A DNA stretch of 63,758 bases, filler included, from Octopus bimaculoides (Eukaryota): the NCBI RefSeq assembly GCF_001194135.2. It is 5 parts of 4 records of this genome, joined end to end, with 100 filler letters (N's around TTAATTAATTAA, not from the genome) between each part and the next. Parts side by side here need not be neighbours in the genome. Positions count along the whole stretch, not along the records: positions 10,749 to 36,333 come from NC_069000.1; positions 36,434 to 52,136 come from NC_068989.1; 3 more parts are not named here. The stretch is one strand, 5' to 3'. Of the stretch, positions 28,217 through 41,885 are shown in pieces. The notes beneath the pieces are model-generated. The model saw only the letters and a program-made list of their open reading frames with translations. It made no database searches and was not told the DNA's origin. The stretch's first letter is position 1, and each line of letters begins with the position of its first letter. The translations under genes and the position numbers were made by a program.

Positions 28217-28430
28217 GAGTGGCTTATAGGCGCAGGAGTGGCTGTGTGGTAAGTAGCTTGCTTACCAACCACATGGTTCCGGGGGTTCAGTCCCACTGCG
28301 TGGCACCTTGGGCAAGTGTCTTCTACCATAGCCTCCGGCCGACCAAAGCCTTGTGAGTGGATTTGGTAGACGGAAACTGAAAGAAGCCCGTCGTATATAT
28401 GTATGTATATATATATATATNNNNNNNNNN

Positions 28431-28463
<33 letters not shown>

Positions 28464-28669
28464 TGTGTCTGTGTTTATCCCCCCACCATTACAAGACAAC
28501 CGATGCTGGTGTATTTACGGCCCCGTAACTTAGTGGTTCGGCAATAAGAGACCGATAGAATAAGTACTAGGCTTACAAAGAATAAGTCCTGGGGTCGATT
28601 TTCTCGACTAAAGGCGGTGCTCCAGCATGGCCGCAGTCAAATGACTGAAACAAGTAAAAGAGTAAAGTG
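28217..28669 (+). mobile_element. tRNA-derived SINE (family A) with internal microsatellite
   Basis: ggcgcaggagtggctgtgtggtaag...gttcagtccc; 22-bp TSD; other copies 1781-1930(-), 7543-7700(+), 17283-17410(-), 32075-32230(-), 46694-46860(-). Confidence 0.92.
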
Positions 28670-28922
28670 TAATCCATATATTAATTCTCAGTTTATCATT
28701 TTCGTTTTGTTCATATACCTATCTGGTCGACTTTGCCTTTCATCCATTCGGGGTCGATAAATTAAGTACCAGTTGCATACTGGCCCCCTCCCAAAAATTT
28801 TCAGGCCTTGTGCCTAGAGTATAAAAGATTATTTAAGCTTACGTCGATTCCCCCGTGGTGTTGTGTAGTTATAATAAAATAAATATATACAAATTATAAA
28901 AATAATAATAAAGAATATATAG

Positions 28923-29006
28923 TACAGTACTGTTCCTACTTCGCGGATTTTCACCTAACACGGGAGGTTTGGGAACGTAACACCCGCGATAGTCGAGGGA
29001 TTACTG
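28923..29006. mobile_element. Tigger/pogo-like MITE fragment
   Basis: cttcgcggattttcacct...cccgcgata...gagggattactg|ta resembles a Tigger-type right end. Confidence 0.55.
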
Positions 29007-31396
29007 TATATAGAATTAGTTTACGAAGTCTATCTAGAACAAAGAGGCATACAAGCATTCCGAAAAATATGGCTGGGTTATAATTGTCACACATGAAATT
29101 GTATAGATTAGTATAGTATAAATAACCTAACTTAACCGAATAAACATGGTTGAACTGGAAAATATACGTTAATAGGTATTAAATGTAAATGATAACAAAA
29201 TAACACTATTCACGTTACAACAGAACAGACAACACGGAACAAACAACACGGAACAAACAACACCAAACATAGAACTGCCAAATACTAATAAGGAACACAT
29301 TCAATTCTTTTGCCGACAACAGTAAATGAGTGCAGCTACCTAGGAAGTGCGATTGAAGAAACTAACCAAAAATAACGGGAAAAAATTTGAAGAGATAAAA
29401 TTCATACAAATTAAAGACAGACAAGAAAACAGCATGATATCACATAACATATGAAAATATAGAACCATTATCAGACAAGTTAATCTCAAATTTAAAAAGA
29501 ACAAATTACTGAATTGCAAGTAAAGAAAAAGCTATACCAGGTATAAATGAATTCATGTGATAATTAAACCTGCTGATGTAGAAATAACTGTGAAAGAACA
29601 AAAAACACATGAACAAAAAGAAGATGCAGCGGGAACAGTCTGGAGTCTAAATTCAATAGAAAATCAACCAGAATAGAGAAAAAGAGGGAGTATCACCGTG
29701 GTTATTTGAGCTGCTAGAAAAAGCAGACTATTTTCCCTCCAATCAAACCGTATTGTCTTCAAAACGTAGACATCAGGTAAGCTAGCATAAAAGAAATGTG
29801 ACAATAGGTTCATCGTTTGATGACATCATAAGTGCGCTAGATTATGACAATCGCTCTAATACACGTATCATCAGACCTCTATGATATTCGTGTTCCACAT
29901 TGCACAATCTCTGTGATGAACCGACGACTAAAGTATTATATGATCGTTCGGTCTACTAGAAATACTAACCAGATTTTCTCAAATAACATCAAACTGTCTG
30001 TAACGAAGAGAATGTCCAGTGTCAGCCCAAAATAACCTACTCCTCAACAATCAGACAGAAGTGGTAACCGCCTACGTTGCCCTGTCATTTATTTAAAAAA
30101 AAGGGTATCAAAGGTTCTTCTCGAGCCCTAAGTTCATAAGGCTGATTTCGAAGGTTCGGTGGCGTATATCTTTTCCCTCATCTTAAATGGGACGCCTGTC
30201 CGTCACAGAATTACTCCTTTTTGTCAGCTGAGTGGACTGTAACAACTTGAAACGAAGTGTTTTGTTCAAGAACACAACGCATCGCTCGGTCCCGAAATCA
30301 AAACTGAAATCTTACGATCATGAATACTTAATTTTTCTCCACTGTTTTTCTTCACTGGAGTTCTCCTGATGGATCCCTGTTTCCTTTTAACTTTCTCTCA
30401 GATTTTACTGCACCACAGCTTACGTTTCCTTCGCTGAAGTCCCTTCTTTCTCAGGTCTTGTAGGTCTTTGAATCTTTATTGATATATTTGTAAGAATGGT
30501 TTCATCTAGACAGCGATGCTGGTTCTATGCAAACCTATTTGAACCTTTGGGAAGAGGTAGTCCACAATTAATCAAGGCTTCTTTTGTTTGACTTGTCCAG
30601 TATGGAAGGCCCTACAAAGAGCTTGCACGCAGCTGTCATTGTTCTTAAGACCATCGTGGCATACAAGCCATCACATCGCAACAGGAACTGCACATGATGG
30701 TGAAATTGTACAGATTGAATAGATTCTATGTTTACGCTTATTTGTGTATACTGACGCTGTTCTTATATACATACGTAGATGTTCTTGATGCTGTCACTAT
30801 TGCAAGATACACCCGACGATGATACAGTTATTGTTGTTGTTGTTCGTACTGCTGTAGGTGACACTATCGCTATTTTCCACCTCTTCAATACTCATTGAGA
30901 CGTCATGGTTATTCAACTAGCTTACATGTTTGTTTATTCATCAAAACGCTGCTGTCACAGCCATTCCTACCTTCAGCCTCCCACCATCGTCTCCGCCTCA
31001 TGCACATGTACCCGACTCCGCTGATGTATTCTTCTGTCTTTCTCTTAAGGTACACGCATAGATGCTAGCTTCGGGTGAGGTTTACGAATATATTTGCCGG
31101 TTAAAAACAACAGTAAATGTAAACATATTATCTAGTCCATTGAACGAAGCCATCAAAATCTATGACAGGACGGTATGTGGTGTGGTACACACAGTTCGTC
31201 AACACAACTAATCTGTGTTGTTTGTTTATTGTTGTTGCAGGAAACTTACTTGATATCTTGACTCCATTTTCTTTATGTATGCATATGTATGCATGTATGT
31301 ATGTGTATATGTGTATATGCATATATATGTATATATATGTTTATATATGTATTCATATATATACATATATATCGATATGTATATGTGCAAATATAC

Positions 31397-31444
<48 letters not shown>

Positions 31445-31445
31445 G

Positions 31446-31490
<45 letters not shown>

Positions 31491-34212
31491 NNNNNNNNNN
31501 NNNNNNNNNNNNNNNNNNNNNNNNNNNNNNNNNNNNNNNNNNNNNNNNNNNNNNNNNNNNNNNNNNNNNNNNNNNNNNNNNNNNNNNNNNNNNNNNNNNN
31601 NNNNNNNNNNNNNNNNNNNNNNNNNNNNNNNNNNNNNNNNNNNNNNNNNNNNNNNNNNNNNNNNNNNNNNNNNNNNNNNNNNNNNNNNNNNNNNNNNNNN
31701 NNNNNNNNNNNNNNNNNNNNNNNNNNNNNNNNNNNNNNNNNNNNNNNNNNNNNNNNNNNNNNNNNNNNNNNNNNNNNNNNNNNNNNNNNNNNNNNNNNNN
31801 NNNNNNNNNNNNNNNNNNNNNNNNNNNNNNNNNNNNNNNNNNNNNNNNNNNNNNNNNNNNNNNNNNNNNNNNTCTTTCTATCTTTTTCTTTGTTTTTGTA
31901 GGACTGAATTTAATTTAAAGGTGATTTGAATTAATATCTCATAATACAATTCTTTTTTTTTTTATTAATGGGAATTTTTTAGTGGTGGTGGTGAGGTAAG
32001 TACACGAATCTTTAGTGGCTATTGTTATCAAATCTCGAAGAAAAGGGGGGATAATTTCTTTTAGTTTCTTTCAGTTTCTTTCAGTTTCCGTCTACCAAAT
32101 CCACTCACAAGGCTTTGGTCGGCCCGAGGCTATAGTAGAAGACACTTGCCCAAGATGCCACGCAGTGTGACTGAACCCGGAACCACGTGGTTCGTAAGCA
32201 AGCTACTTACCACACAGCCACTCCTACGCCTAAAAATAATGTTTAAAAAGTCTTTTTTATACTTAGTATAACTGTATAAAGTAATTTTCACAAACATACA
32301 ATATAAGTATAAACGGCAAATTTTAGCCATTTCTCCGCAGACTGAAAATAATGATGAACAACCTTAATCGATTTTCGGACCTTATTGAGCACTCATCAGA
32401 GGCGTCCATATCGTGTTGACAATCCTCATAAATTTTGTCATAATAATGTCAATTAATCCCAGAATTACACCAATTACCATTCATTGTTGATTTTGTTACT
32501 TTCTTCTATTCTAAGTTTGGTTCTTTCGCTTCTTAACTACATGATTATCAGTAACTATCCTCTTAAATGTCATATATTATTATTCGTTACCTCTATTCAC
32601 TTTCATTCATTCATTCTTTCTTTCTTTCTTTCTTTCTTTCATTACTAAATATCATTCTATCATTTTCGCTTTTCCCCTAAATTAGGTGTTCAGATCACAA
32701 AGGTCAACAAGCTTAAGTCCCACTGGTGGAATCAAAGCTGGCTGCAACGAAATTCATACTCAATTCCCTGTGTCAAGGTTCTTAAAACTTAACGAGGCAT
32801 AAACCCTACAGGGGTTATATAAACCCCCCTAAACTGTCAGTATCACTGCTCGAAAGCTCAAACAGATTTCAAGTTAAGATATTTGAGACTTGAAGCGGCC
32901 ATTTCTCAGTGTGATTGTTTTATTCTGCTGAAGGTTTTCAATGAATGCTGCATGTTTCACTAGATTATTGCCTTATTTTTAAATTATCTTTCTACGGATA
33001 ATTACCTCCGAGAAACAACATTCTCGGTAAAAAAAGCCAAAAGAGAAGCTTCCACTCCGTCGCTTGAGTTGCTTAATGTAGCTATCAAATCTTTCTCAAA
33101 TAAAACCATGTTTTTAAATAAGAGACCACATGTCGAAGTCGTACATTTTGAAGACATCAAGTCCCATATTAAAGAAAAATACATAATTCATAATATAGTT
33201 AATATAAACGTTAATAAGTTCATAAAGTTTAATTCAAACCAAAGCGTTTCATACAAATTCATAGTTTTTCAATTTACACACACACACACATATATGTATT
33301 TATGAATTAAATGTTAGTCTTAAACCAGTGTGTGTGCTACAGTAATAAAGTGATACCCAACTAAAAGTGGCAGGGATTGCAATCTGCTGGACCAGAATTG
33401 AAAAGTGAAGAAATATTTCAACATCAACAACAACATAAACATTATCAGTAAAAGTTACACAAAATTAAGATGCGTAAAGAGTGGATGGAACTAGGATAAC
33501 AAAGGCAAGATGAAAATATAGCATCACTTTGCTAATACGTGCTCGCGCAGTAGGAAACTCCGTAAAAATTTCTACATTTAGTTGCTCCCAACTTCTAAAT
33601 TCAAAATATTATTCAGTGTTCATTCCCCTATATATCTGTCAATTCATTTTAAAATCTAGAAATCGAGGTTAGAATATGCTTCGCTAATGAGACCTAATAA
33701 GGACGAAACATTCCCCGATCTTTCGTTGCACTCTAATAGATCCGACTCCCACGTGAATGCCATCTATGATTTCAACAATCATAGCATGTTTTTTTATTGT
33801 TCCGCTTGCAGATTGTATCAATGCAGTTAGTGGTAACCTCCCATATTTTTTTGTTGTTTGAAACTCCGAGTTTCTCCAGATTGTGACTAAGGTATTTATT
33901 AAAATAACCAAGTGAAACAATTACCGGTATAAACGTAAATTCATAATCAGTTTAAAGGAGCTCAGGTTTCCGAGCAGTCTTCCATAGATATTCTCCTTCT
34001 TCCTGGTTTCATAAGAAACGTTCACACGTGCAGGAAAGATAACCTCTATAACTAGACACGAAGTCTTCCTTTTTTCATCGCAAATAACTGTATCAGAACT
34101 GTTAAGTTTTCGCTTGGAAGTGTTATGTATGTATGTGTATGTGCGTATGTATATTTAAATCATATCATTTAACTGTATAGAAGCTGTTTGTAAATTTAAT
34201 GAACAGGATATA

Positions 34213-34611
34213 GGTGCAGGAGTAGCTGTGCGGTAAGTAGCTTCCTTACCAACTAAATGGTTCCGGGTTCAGTCCCACTGCGTGGCACCTTGGCCAAGTG
34301 TCTTCTACTATAGCCTCGGGCCGACCAAAACCTAGTGAGTGGATTTGGTAGACGGAAACTGAAAGGAGACTGTCGTATATATGTATGTATATATATGTAT
34401 GTGTGTTTGTGTGTCGGTGTTTGTCCCCCCACCATCGCTTGACAACAGATGGCGGTGTGTTAACATCCCCGTAACTTAGCGGTTCGGCAAAAGAAACCGA
34501 TAGAATAAGTACTAGGCTTACAAAGACTAAGTCCTGGGGTCGATGTGCTCGATTAAAGGCGGTGCTCCAGCATGGCCGCAGTCAAATGACTGAAACTAGT
34601 AAAAGACTAAA
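34213..34611 (+). mobile_element. SINE family A, full length
   Basis: Colinear with the 28229 copy; flanked by 8-bp direct repeat aggatata. Confidence 0.9.
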
Positions 34612-35710
34612 AGGATATATTCATCAATACTTCGCTAATCTCGTATAAACATGGCCGATACAATGGAGTCTTCATGCACAACGTATGCAAATCACTGCAC
34701 AAATGGTCCATCTTATACCTTACTTATTTTACCATTTACTTGCTCCTTTACTTAGTTCGGTTTCTGCTATTCCATAAAAAATTGTCCGAGGTGGGGTTCA
34801 AATGGTTTCCATTAACCGCATCCCAACCCATCAAATCGGATATTCCTGATCCGCGTTTAGTAAACTTCGTGTTCTAGGTTTTTTCTCCAAATGGCCTGTT
34901 TGTATACATGCATACGTACGCACGTACGTACATACATACATACATACATGTAAACACACACAGACGCACAGACTTACATGCACACACATGCAAACGTATA
35001 TAACAGTAAATGTGTATGTTTGTGTGTGCGTGTGTATATATGTACATATACAAATATATATATGTATANNNNNNNNNNNNNNNNNNNNNNNNNNNNNNNN
35101 NNNNNNNNNNNNNNNNNNNNNNNNNNNNNNNNNNNNNNNNNNNNNNNNNNNNNNNNNNNNNNNNNNNNNNNNNNNNNNNNNNNNNNNNNNNNNNNNNNNN
35201 NNNNNNNNNNNNNNNNNNNNNNNNNNNNNNNNNNNNNNNNNNNNNNNNNNNNNNNNNNNNNNNNNNNNNNNNNNNNNNNNNNNNNNNNNNNNNNNNNNNN
35301 NNNNNNNNNNNNNNNNNNNNNNNNNNNNNNNNNNNNNNNNNNNNNNNNNNNNNNNNNNNNNNNNNNNNNNNNNNNNNNNNNNNNNNNNNNNNNNNNNNNN
35401 NNNNNNNNNNNNNNNNNNNNNNNNNNNNNNNNNNNNNNNNNNNNNNNNNNNNNNNNNNNNNNNNNNNNNNNNNNNNNNNNNNNNNNNNNNNNNNNNNNNN
35501 NNNNNNNNNNNNNNNNNNNNNNNNNNNNNNNNNNNNNNNNNNNNNNNNNNNNNNNNNNNNNNNNNNNNNNNNNNNNNNNNNNNNNNNNNNNNNNNNNNNN
35601 NNNNNNNNNNNNNNNNNNNNNNNNNNNNNNNNNNNNNNNNNNNNNNNNNNNNNNNNNNNNNNNNNNNNNNNNNNNNNNNNNNNNNNNNNNNNNNNNNNNN
35701 NNNNNNNNNN

Positions 35711-35783
<73 letters not shown>

Positions 35784-35894
35784 CAGTGTGAGTGTAGTTG
35801 TGTTCGTTTGTGTGTGTGTATATATCTTTAAATCTACATGTGTATGTACGCCTTTATGAGAATACGATCAGGAGATGCGAGTTAAGAGATCAAA

Positions 35895-35964
<70 letters not shown>

Positions 35965-36283
35965 ACTACTACTACTACTATTACTACTACTACTACTACT
36001 ACAAACCCCAAAGAATTCCTCTCAACACATGACTATGATGCTCTCCCACTACTTCTGCTCAGGATCAGAGATGCACATATCGTCAGCCACCAAGGGACAT
36101 GCTCAAATGGTTAAGGTCAAACAACTGACTAGCAAATCTGTGGTATTGAGCAGAATATTCGTTGTAGCCCATCTTTTATACCAAGACAAAACAGTGTACA
36201 TGATAACACTTCCAATCAATTAAGATCAGAAGCCATGAGAGCCACTGCCTGGTACTGCATCCGGGCATTTATTATTATTATTA

Positions 36284-36333
<50 letters not shown>

Positions 36334-36433
36334 NNNNNNNNNNNNNNNNNNNNNNNNNNNNNNNNNNNNNNNNNNNNTTAATTAATTAANNNNNNNNNNN
36401 NNNNNNNNNNNNNNNNNNNNNNNNNNNNNNNNN

Positions 36434-36640
<207 letters not shown>

Positions 36641-36716
36641 TTATCTGATAAACCTATGGAGGTCACAATGCTCTATTATCTCTTATTGATTCTGCTGTTT
36701 TTGTTGTCTTTGACAG

Positions 36717-36806
36717 GAGAACAAGTGAATGAGGTGACCTCGTTCTTGGATGGCTCCTTTATTTATGGAACACACGACCTGAGAGAACTGCAGCTAGGAA
36801 AATATG
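36717..36806 (+). CDS. Heme peroxidase-family gene, first visible exon
   Basis: tgacag|...|gtaac; xEQVNEVTSFLDGSFIYGTHDLRELQLGKY matches REQINxxTSYLDGSxIYG of the peroxidase-cyclooxygenase superfamily; phase 1/1. Confidence 0.92.
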
Positions 36807-37276
36807 GTAACATTTAGCAATTAGATTCTTTCTTTATATGATTGTGTGTGTGTGTGCATGTGTGTGCGTGTGTGTGTGTGTGTGCACGTGTACATGTGTG
36901 TGCATGCATGTGTATATATGCGTGACTACGTGTATGTGTGTGTGTGTATATATATGTATGTATGTGGGTATATATGTGTGAATACATGAATGTGTATACG
37001 TGTGATTATATATATATGTCTGTTTATGTTGTGCCTTTAGGTGTACATGTGTGTGTATGCATGTGTGTAAATGTGTCTGTATATGTGTGTATATATGCGT
37101 GTATATGTGTATGCATATACATGTGTATGTTGTATATTTAGGTGTGCATGTGTTTTATATATGTGCGTATATGTATATGCATGTATATGTATGTATATCT
37201 ATAAGGTTGCTGAAACATGCATCCATCATTAACAAATGGTTAAACGGAAATCTATACAGAATTCTTTTAATTACAG

Positions 37277-37384
37277 GATTGCTGAGAACATCTGAATGCT
37301 TAAGTTTACCATTTCCACCAATAAGTAAATACAAGAATAATCACTACTACAAACATTCAACACCGTACCCCTGCTTCAAAACAG
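37277..37384 (+). CDS. Heme peroxidase exon
   Basis: ttacag|...|gtaaat; GLLRTSECLSLPFPPISKYKNNHYYKHSTPYPCFKT(G); 108 nt, phase 1/1. Confidence 0.9.
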
Positions 37385-38823
37385 GTAAATGGCACCATGC
37401 AGAATCATTCTTACTACTTCAAAGACATTATTATGTCACTGCTTTATTTATTTTTTTATTGCCCACGGATGGGGGGGGGGGCACTAAACATAGAGGGGAC
37501 AAACAAGGACAGACAAAGGGATTAAGTTGATTACATCGACCCCAGTGCTTAACTGGTACTTATTTAATCGACCTTGAAAGGCAAAGTTGACTTTGGCAGA
37601 AATTGAACTCAGAATGTAAAGACAGATGAAATACCGCTAAGAATTTTGCCTGGTGTGCTAATGTCCCTGCCAGCTCATCGCCTTATGTCACTGCTTTATG
37701 GTCAGTGTGAGAAGAACTAAGCTACTGATTAGACTGTGGAACACACATTTTGTCCTTGAGTAGTAACTGTTATTTCCAATTTGCTTACCCCTAGAGACTG
37801 TGAAAAATGGCTAATATTTCCTTTAAACTTCGCTTTTGTTATAATTATTCAAGCCTCAAAGAATTTCTCTCAATGCATGGCTATGATGCTCCCCCATTAC
37901 TCTTGCTCGTGATTAGAGATGCGCATATTGTCAGTCACTTAGGAACATACTCAGGCAGTTAAGGTCAAGCAACTGACAAACGAATTTGTGATATTAGGCA
38001 GAATATTAGTGCTGAATCTGTCTGAAATGTAATGGAAAATAGATCAGTTTGAAAACATCGATGTCCTGGTCACAAAAGAAAGTTTGAAAGGAATGGTAGT
38101 CATTTCCTTTGATTTCTAGATAGAAACAAATAGGAAATAACACTTACCAAAGGATAACAAAAATTTGTTACATAAAACTTTTGTTATACAGTGTTATTGC
38201 ATCCATAAATTGGTGCATCAAAGTAACCAAAATATGGTCTGTAGTTAAGTTGTTCATTTGGCTGCTTAGGTAACCTTATTATTGTCATTAGTATGAAACT
38301 GGCTTGGATTTTCCTTCCTTCACATTCTCTTTTGAGTTTGGGTGTTGGACAGCAATACAATTAAAAGTAGGATCAAGTTGTTAATGATTGACCAGCTGTG
38401 GCATGAACAAGCTGGAGCAGCTGAAACATCAACCTTGAAAGCCAATGAAACACTTGTTTCTTTAATAGTGCTACCACCACACCATTCATGATGATAAGTA
38501 GTTTCACATTATGAAACCTTCTTTACAGACAGGTAGACTGGGCTGTTGAGATTAAAGTGTTTTCTTCACAGACACAACATCAGTTATGACAACAAAGCTT
38601 TCAGTTGATCTGATCAATGGAACACCCTGATTGTGGAATTAATGTGCAAGTGACTGAGCACTCTACAGACACATGTACCCTTAACATACTTTTTAGAGAG
38701 ATTTGATGAGACACAGAATATGACAAGGCTGGCCCTTTGAACTGCAGGTGCAATTAATTTTTGCTGACTGAATTTTGTTTAAATAAGGAGGGCACATTAG
38801 ATAATAAGCCATATTTTAATTAA

Positions 38824-39042
38824 CCCTTAACATTTAAACCAGCCATATCCAGTCCAATTATTCTACCTGTTTTATCTTCAAACTGGCCAGATCCAACCTC
38901 TCACACCTACCCTACAATTCCACTCTAAAGATAAACAATCATCATTTCGGAATCTTAAAGCTACAAGATAATACAGGATTAACTTTAAAGAATGTGAATA
39001 AATTAGTATTACATTTGATAAAGTAATCTGAATGCTAAAGGG
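38824..39042. mobile_element. piggyBac-like MITE
   Basis: TTAA|cccttaacatt ... aatgctaaaggg|TTAA. Confidence 0.75.
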
Positions 39043-39579
39043 TTAAGGTGCATAAAATGGCTGACTACAAACTGAAATAAAGTGACTGAAAGAATTTACA
39101 AGAATCTACCTGGTGTTGTTTTCACAAATATTATGTGTATTTATTTTTTAATTGTTTTTGTTAAAAATCAGAAGTGAATTAAAATGCTTTTACAGGACAG
39201 TAAAACAAATATCAGGTAAACTTTTGAAATTTTTCCTACTCATTTTCTTTCATTTTGTAGTCAGCCATTTTATGTGTCTACATTGAAAGATTGCCAAATA
39301 ATAATGTTGTCCAAGATACACCATGACTGACAACCCCACCCCACTCAAAAAACCCCAAAACAGGAAATGTCTGAAATATAATGCTTTTCATTAATTTTCA
39401 TAGTCACAAGCTGCTTGTGACTAAACAACAACAACAACGACTGGTTTACGAAATGAACCCTGGCAGTACATGTCTTGGTACTTAAGCCAAAGGAAGTGAT
39501 TTCTCAATATGTATGGTCCACTCTTTGTTTTGAGTTAATTTTCTGACAATTCCTTCTTTCGCTCTTTTAATTGTCACAG

Positions 39580-39825
39580 GAGACAGCAGAGATAGCAGTA
39601 ATGTCAACCTTATTGTCCTCCACACAATATTTCTACGAGAACACAACAGAATTGCCTGGAAACTTCACTTGTTGAATCCCCACTGGAATAATGACCAGTT
39701 GTTTTATACAACACGAGATATAATCGGTGCCATACTTCAACACATAACATACAATGAATACCTACCGGTCATCCTTGGTTATAAAACAATGAAAAGTTTG
39801 AAACTTACCAGTGGTTGTAAATACC
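39580..39825 (+). CDS. Heme peroxidase exon (distal Arg region)
   Basis: tcacag|...|gtaagt; GDSRDSSNVNLIVLHTIFLREHNRIA...IIGAILQHITYNEYLPVILG; 246 nt. Confidence 0.95.
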
Positions 39826-39888
39826 GTAAGTATTATAGTTTTACATGGCGAGCCTTGTATTTTTAGTCTTTGTTTATGTGCACATGTG

Positions 39889-39981
<93 letters not shown>

Positions 39982-40225
39982 CTTATATTAAATGTGTATT
40001 AAGCTTGCAAAAGCTGATGAAGTGCAGCAAATACTTAATCAAAGTACTTTTCAAGACTAATGTCAAACACACACACATATACACAACACACACACACATA
40101 CACACACACACATGCACGCACACACACACACATACACACACTGCTGTTTTTGTCATAAATATTCTCTTTGATAATCATTCTGTATTCTATGTCAACAGCA
40201 TTTTTCACTTCTTTCTATTCTACAG

Positions 40226-40742
40226 ATTACAACGACAAACTAAATCCATCCATCATAAACTCTGTTGCAACTGCAGTATTCCGTTTTAGCCATTTCATGC
40301 TTCGAGCCAATATTTTATCATACTATGATAACAAAGGTGCTCCAGTATGTCACTTGAAAGATAATTTTGTGCTCTTCAAAAAACATCCATTGATATGCTC
40401 TAAAAAGAAGTATTACTTCCGATTTAGCAGCCTTATAAAGAGTACAAAACCACTCTTGAAGACCATTACTCGTTTCCCGAACTTCCTCAGAGGTCAGTTA
40501 AACCAACATGCACAGAAGGTTTCAGCTTTCAGAATTGATGGATTGGGTGATATTTTCTCCAAAAACCAATTTGATCTTGGCAGTGTCTTCATACAAAAGG
40601 GAAGAGATCATGGTTTGCCCGGTTACACTCATTACAGGAAGTTGTGTGCATCCTTTTATGATAAATATGTTCCTGTGAAGAGTTTCTCGGATTTGGTCAA
40701 CCATCCTTTGTTTGTTAGAAAGAAACTGAAGACACTTTACAA
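40226..40742 (+). CDS. Heme peroxidase exon (proximal His region)
   Basis: ctacag|...|gtaaag; NPSIINSVATAVFRFSH (His 40291-40293)...DLGSVFIQKGRDHGLPGYTHYRKLC; phase 1/2. Confidence 0.95.
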
Positions 40743-40836
40743 GTAAAGCTATTAATCTTTTATTTTTATTTTATTTAACTTTTTCTCCAAACTTCATTAA
40801 AAATATGGAGTTTGAAATAGTAATCTATTGAATGTA

Positions 40837-41095
40837 GTGCGGTGGTATGGACAAGTGTTGAGGAGGGATGAGGACCATGTTCTAAGGAGAGTGCTTGAGT
40901 TTACAGTGAATGAACTGTGAAAGCGAAGTCAAACAAAGAAAACGTTGAGGGTAGAGGAGGGTAGAGGAGGAGATTGGGAGGATGCCCAAAACCGGGTGAG
41001 ATGGCGAGATGGTGTGAGGGCAATTGCTGTAAGAGCAAGGTAGATTCAGCTACCCTGTTAATGGGGACAAACCCGGATTTAAAATACTGGAATTC
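40837..41095 (+). mobile_element. RTE LINE 3' fragment in peroxidase intron
   Basis: VRWYGQVLRRDEDHVLRRVLEF then degenerate. Confidence 0.7.
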
Positions 41096-41885
41096 ATTCA
41101 TGAAGTCCCCTACTAATAGGAAAGGAAAAGAATGGGCTTTTCCTTCCTTCTTCAGTATTCCTATGTTTTATAGAGTGGAAAAGTTTTTTCCCATCCTTAA
41201 CATCAATTTTTTAACATTCCCCTCCACCATTTCTGTAGTCTTTCCTTTTCCTATGAAGAATGGGATTTCAAGATTCAGCTATTCCCAAATTTCACCAGAA
41301 ACAGATTTGTTGTGGCTCACATACGATCCTGTGATCCAGGTTAAAAACAAAAAGCTACAAATTGAAACAGTTATCTACTCCACCCCCAACTTAGTCAAAC
41401 TAGTACTATATATTTTTTTTTTACTATCAGTCCAATATCTTTGAGATATTATATCTAATATCTATATAATCATCTAATATCTGTATATAATATCTATAGT
41501 TATTTGATTATAAAATACTCACTTCAAAGAGGTTTACAAATGAATAACCCTGCAATGGACTGGTGTGCCATTTAGGGGGACTGTTGTGATCTTGGTCACT
41601 TATATTCCATGGAAACTAGGTAACCAGCCTTAAGGAATCCTAGGACTTGAGATAGTAATGTTTAATGGTTAATGATAATGATAATAAGTTCTGTGGTTAA
41701 TTAAATATTCCTACAAGGCATCCTAAATGTGAAGAGACTTAGAATAGAAGATAAATACAGTGAAAAAAGTTGTTAGAAATCAACTTTTCATTTACTCTTT
41801 TACTTGATTCAACCAGTTAGCTATGGTCAAACTAGTGCTATCTTTTTTTACTATCGGTCCAATATCTTTTAGATATTATATCTAA

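Noticed and set aside
33850-33893. RVSPDCD*G followed by donor aag|gtattt as a possible upstream peroxidase exon
   Set aside because: In-frame stop and no upstream open frame; the resemblance is probably chance.
40974-41444. 156-aa ORF in peroxidase intron
   Set aside because: Starts in an RTE 3' remnant; no family motifs or splice support.
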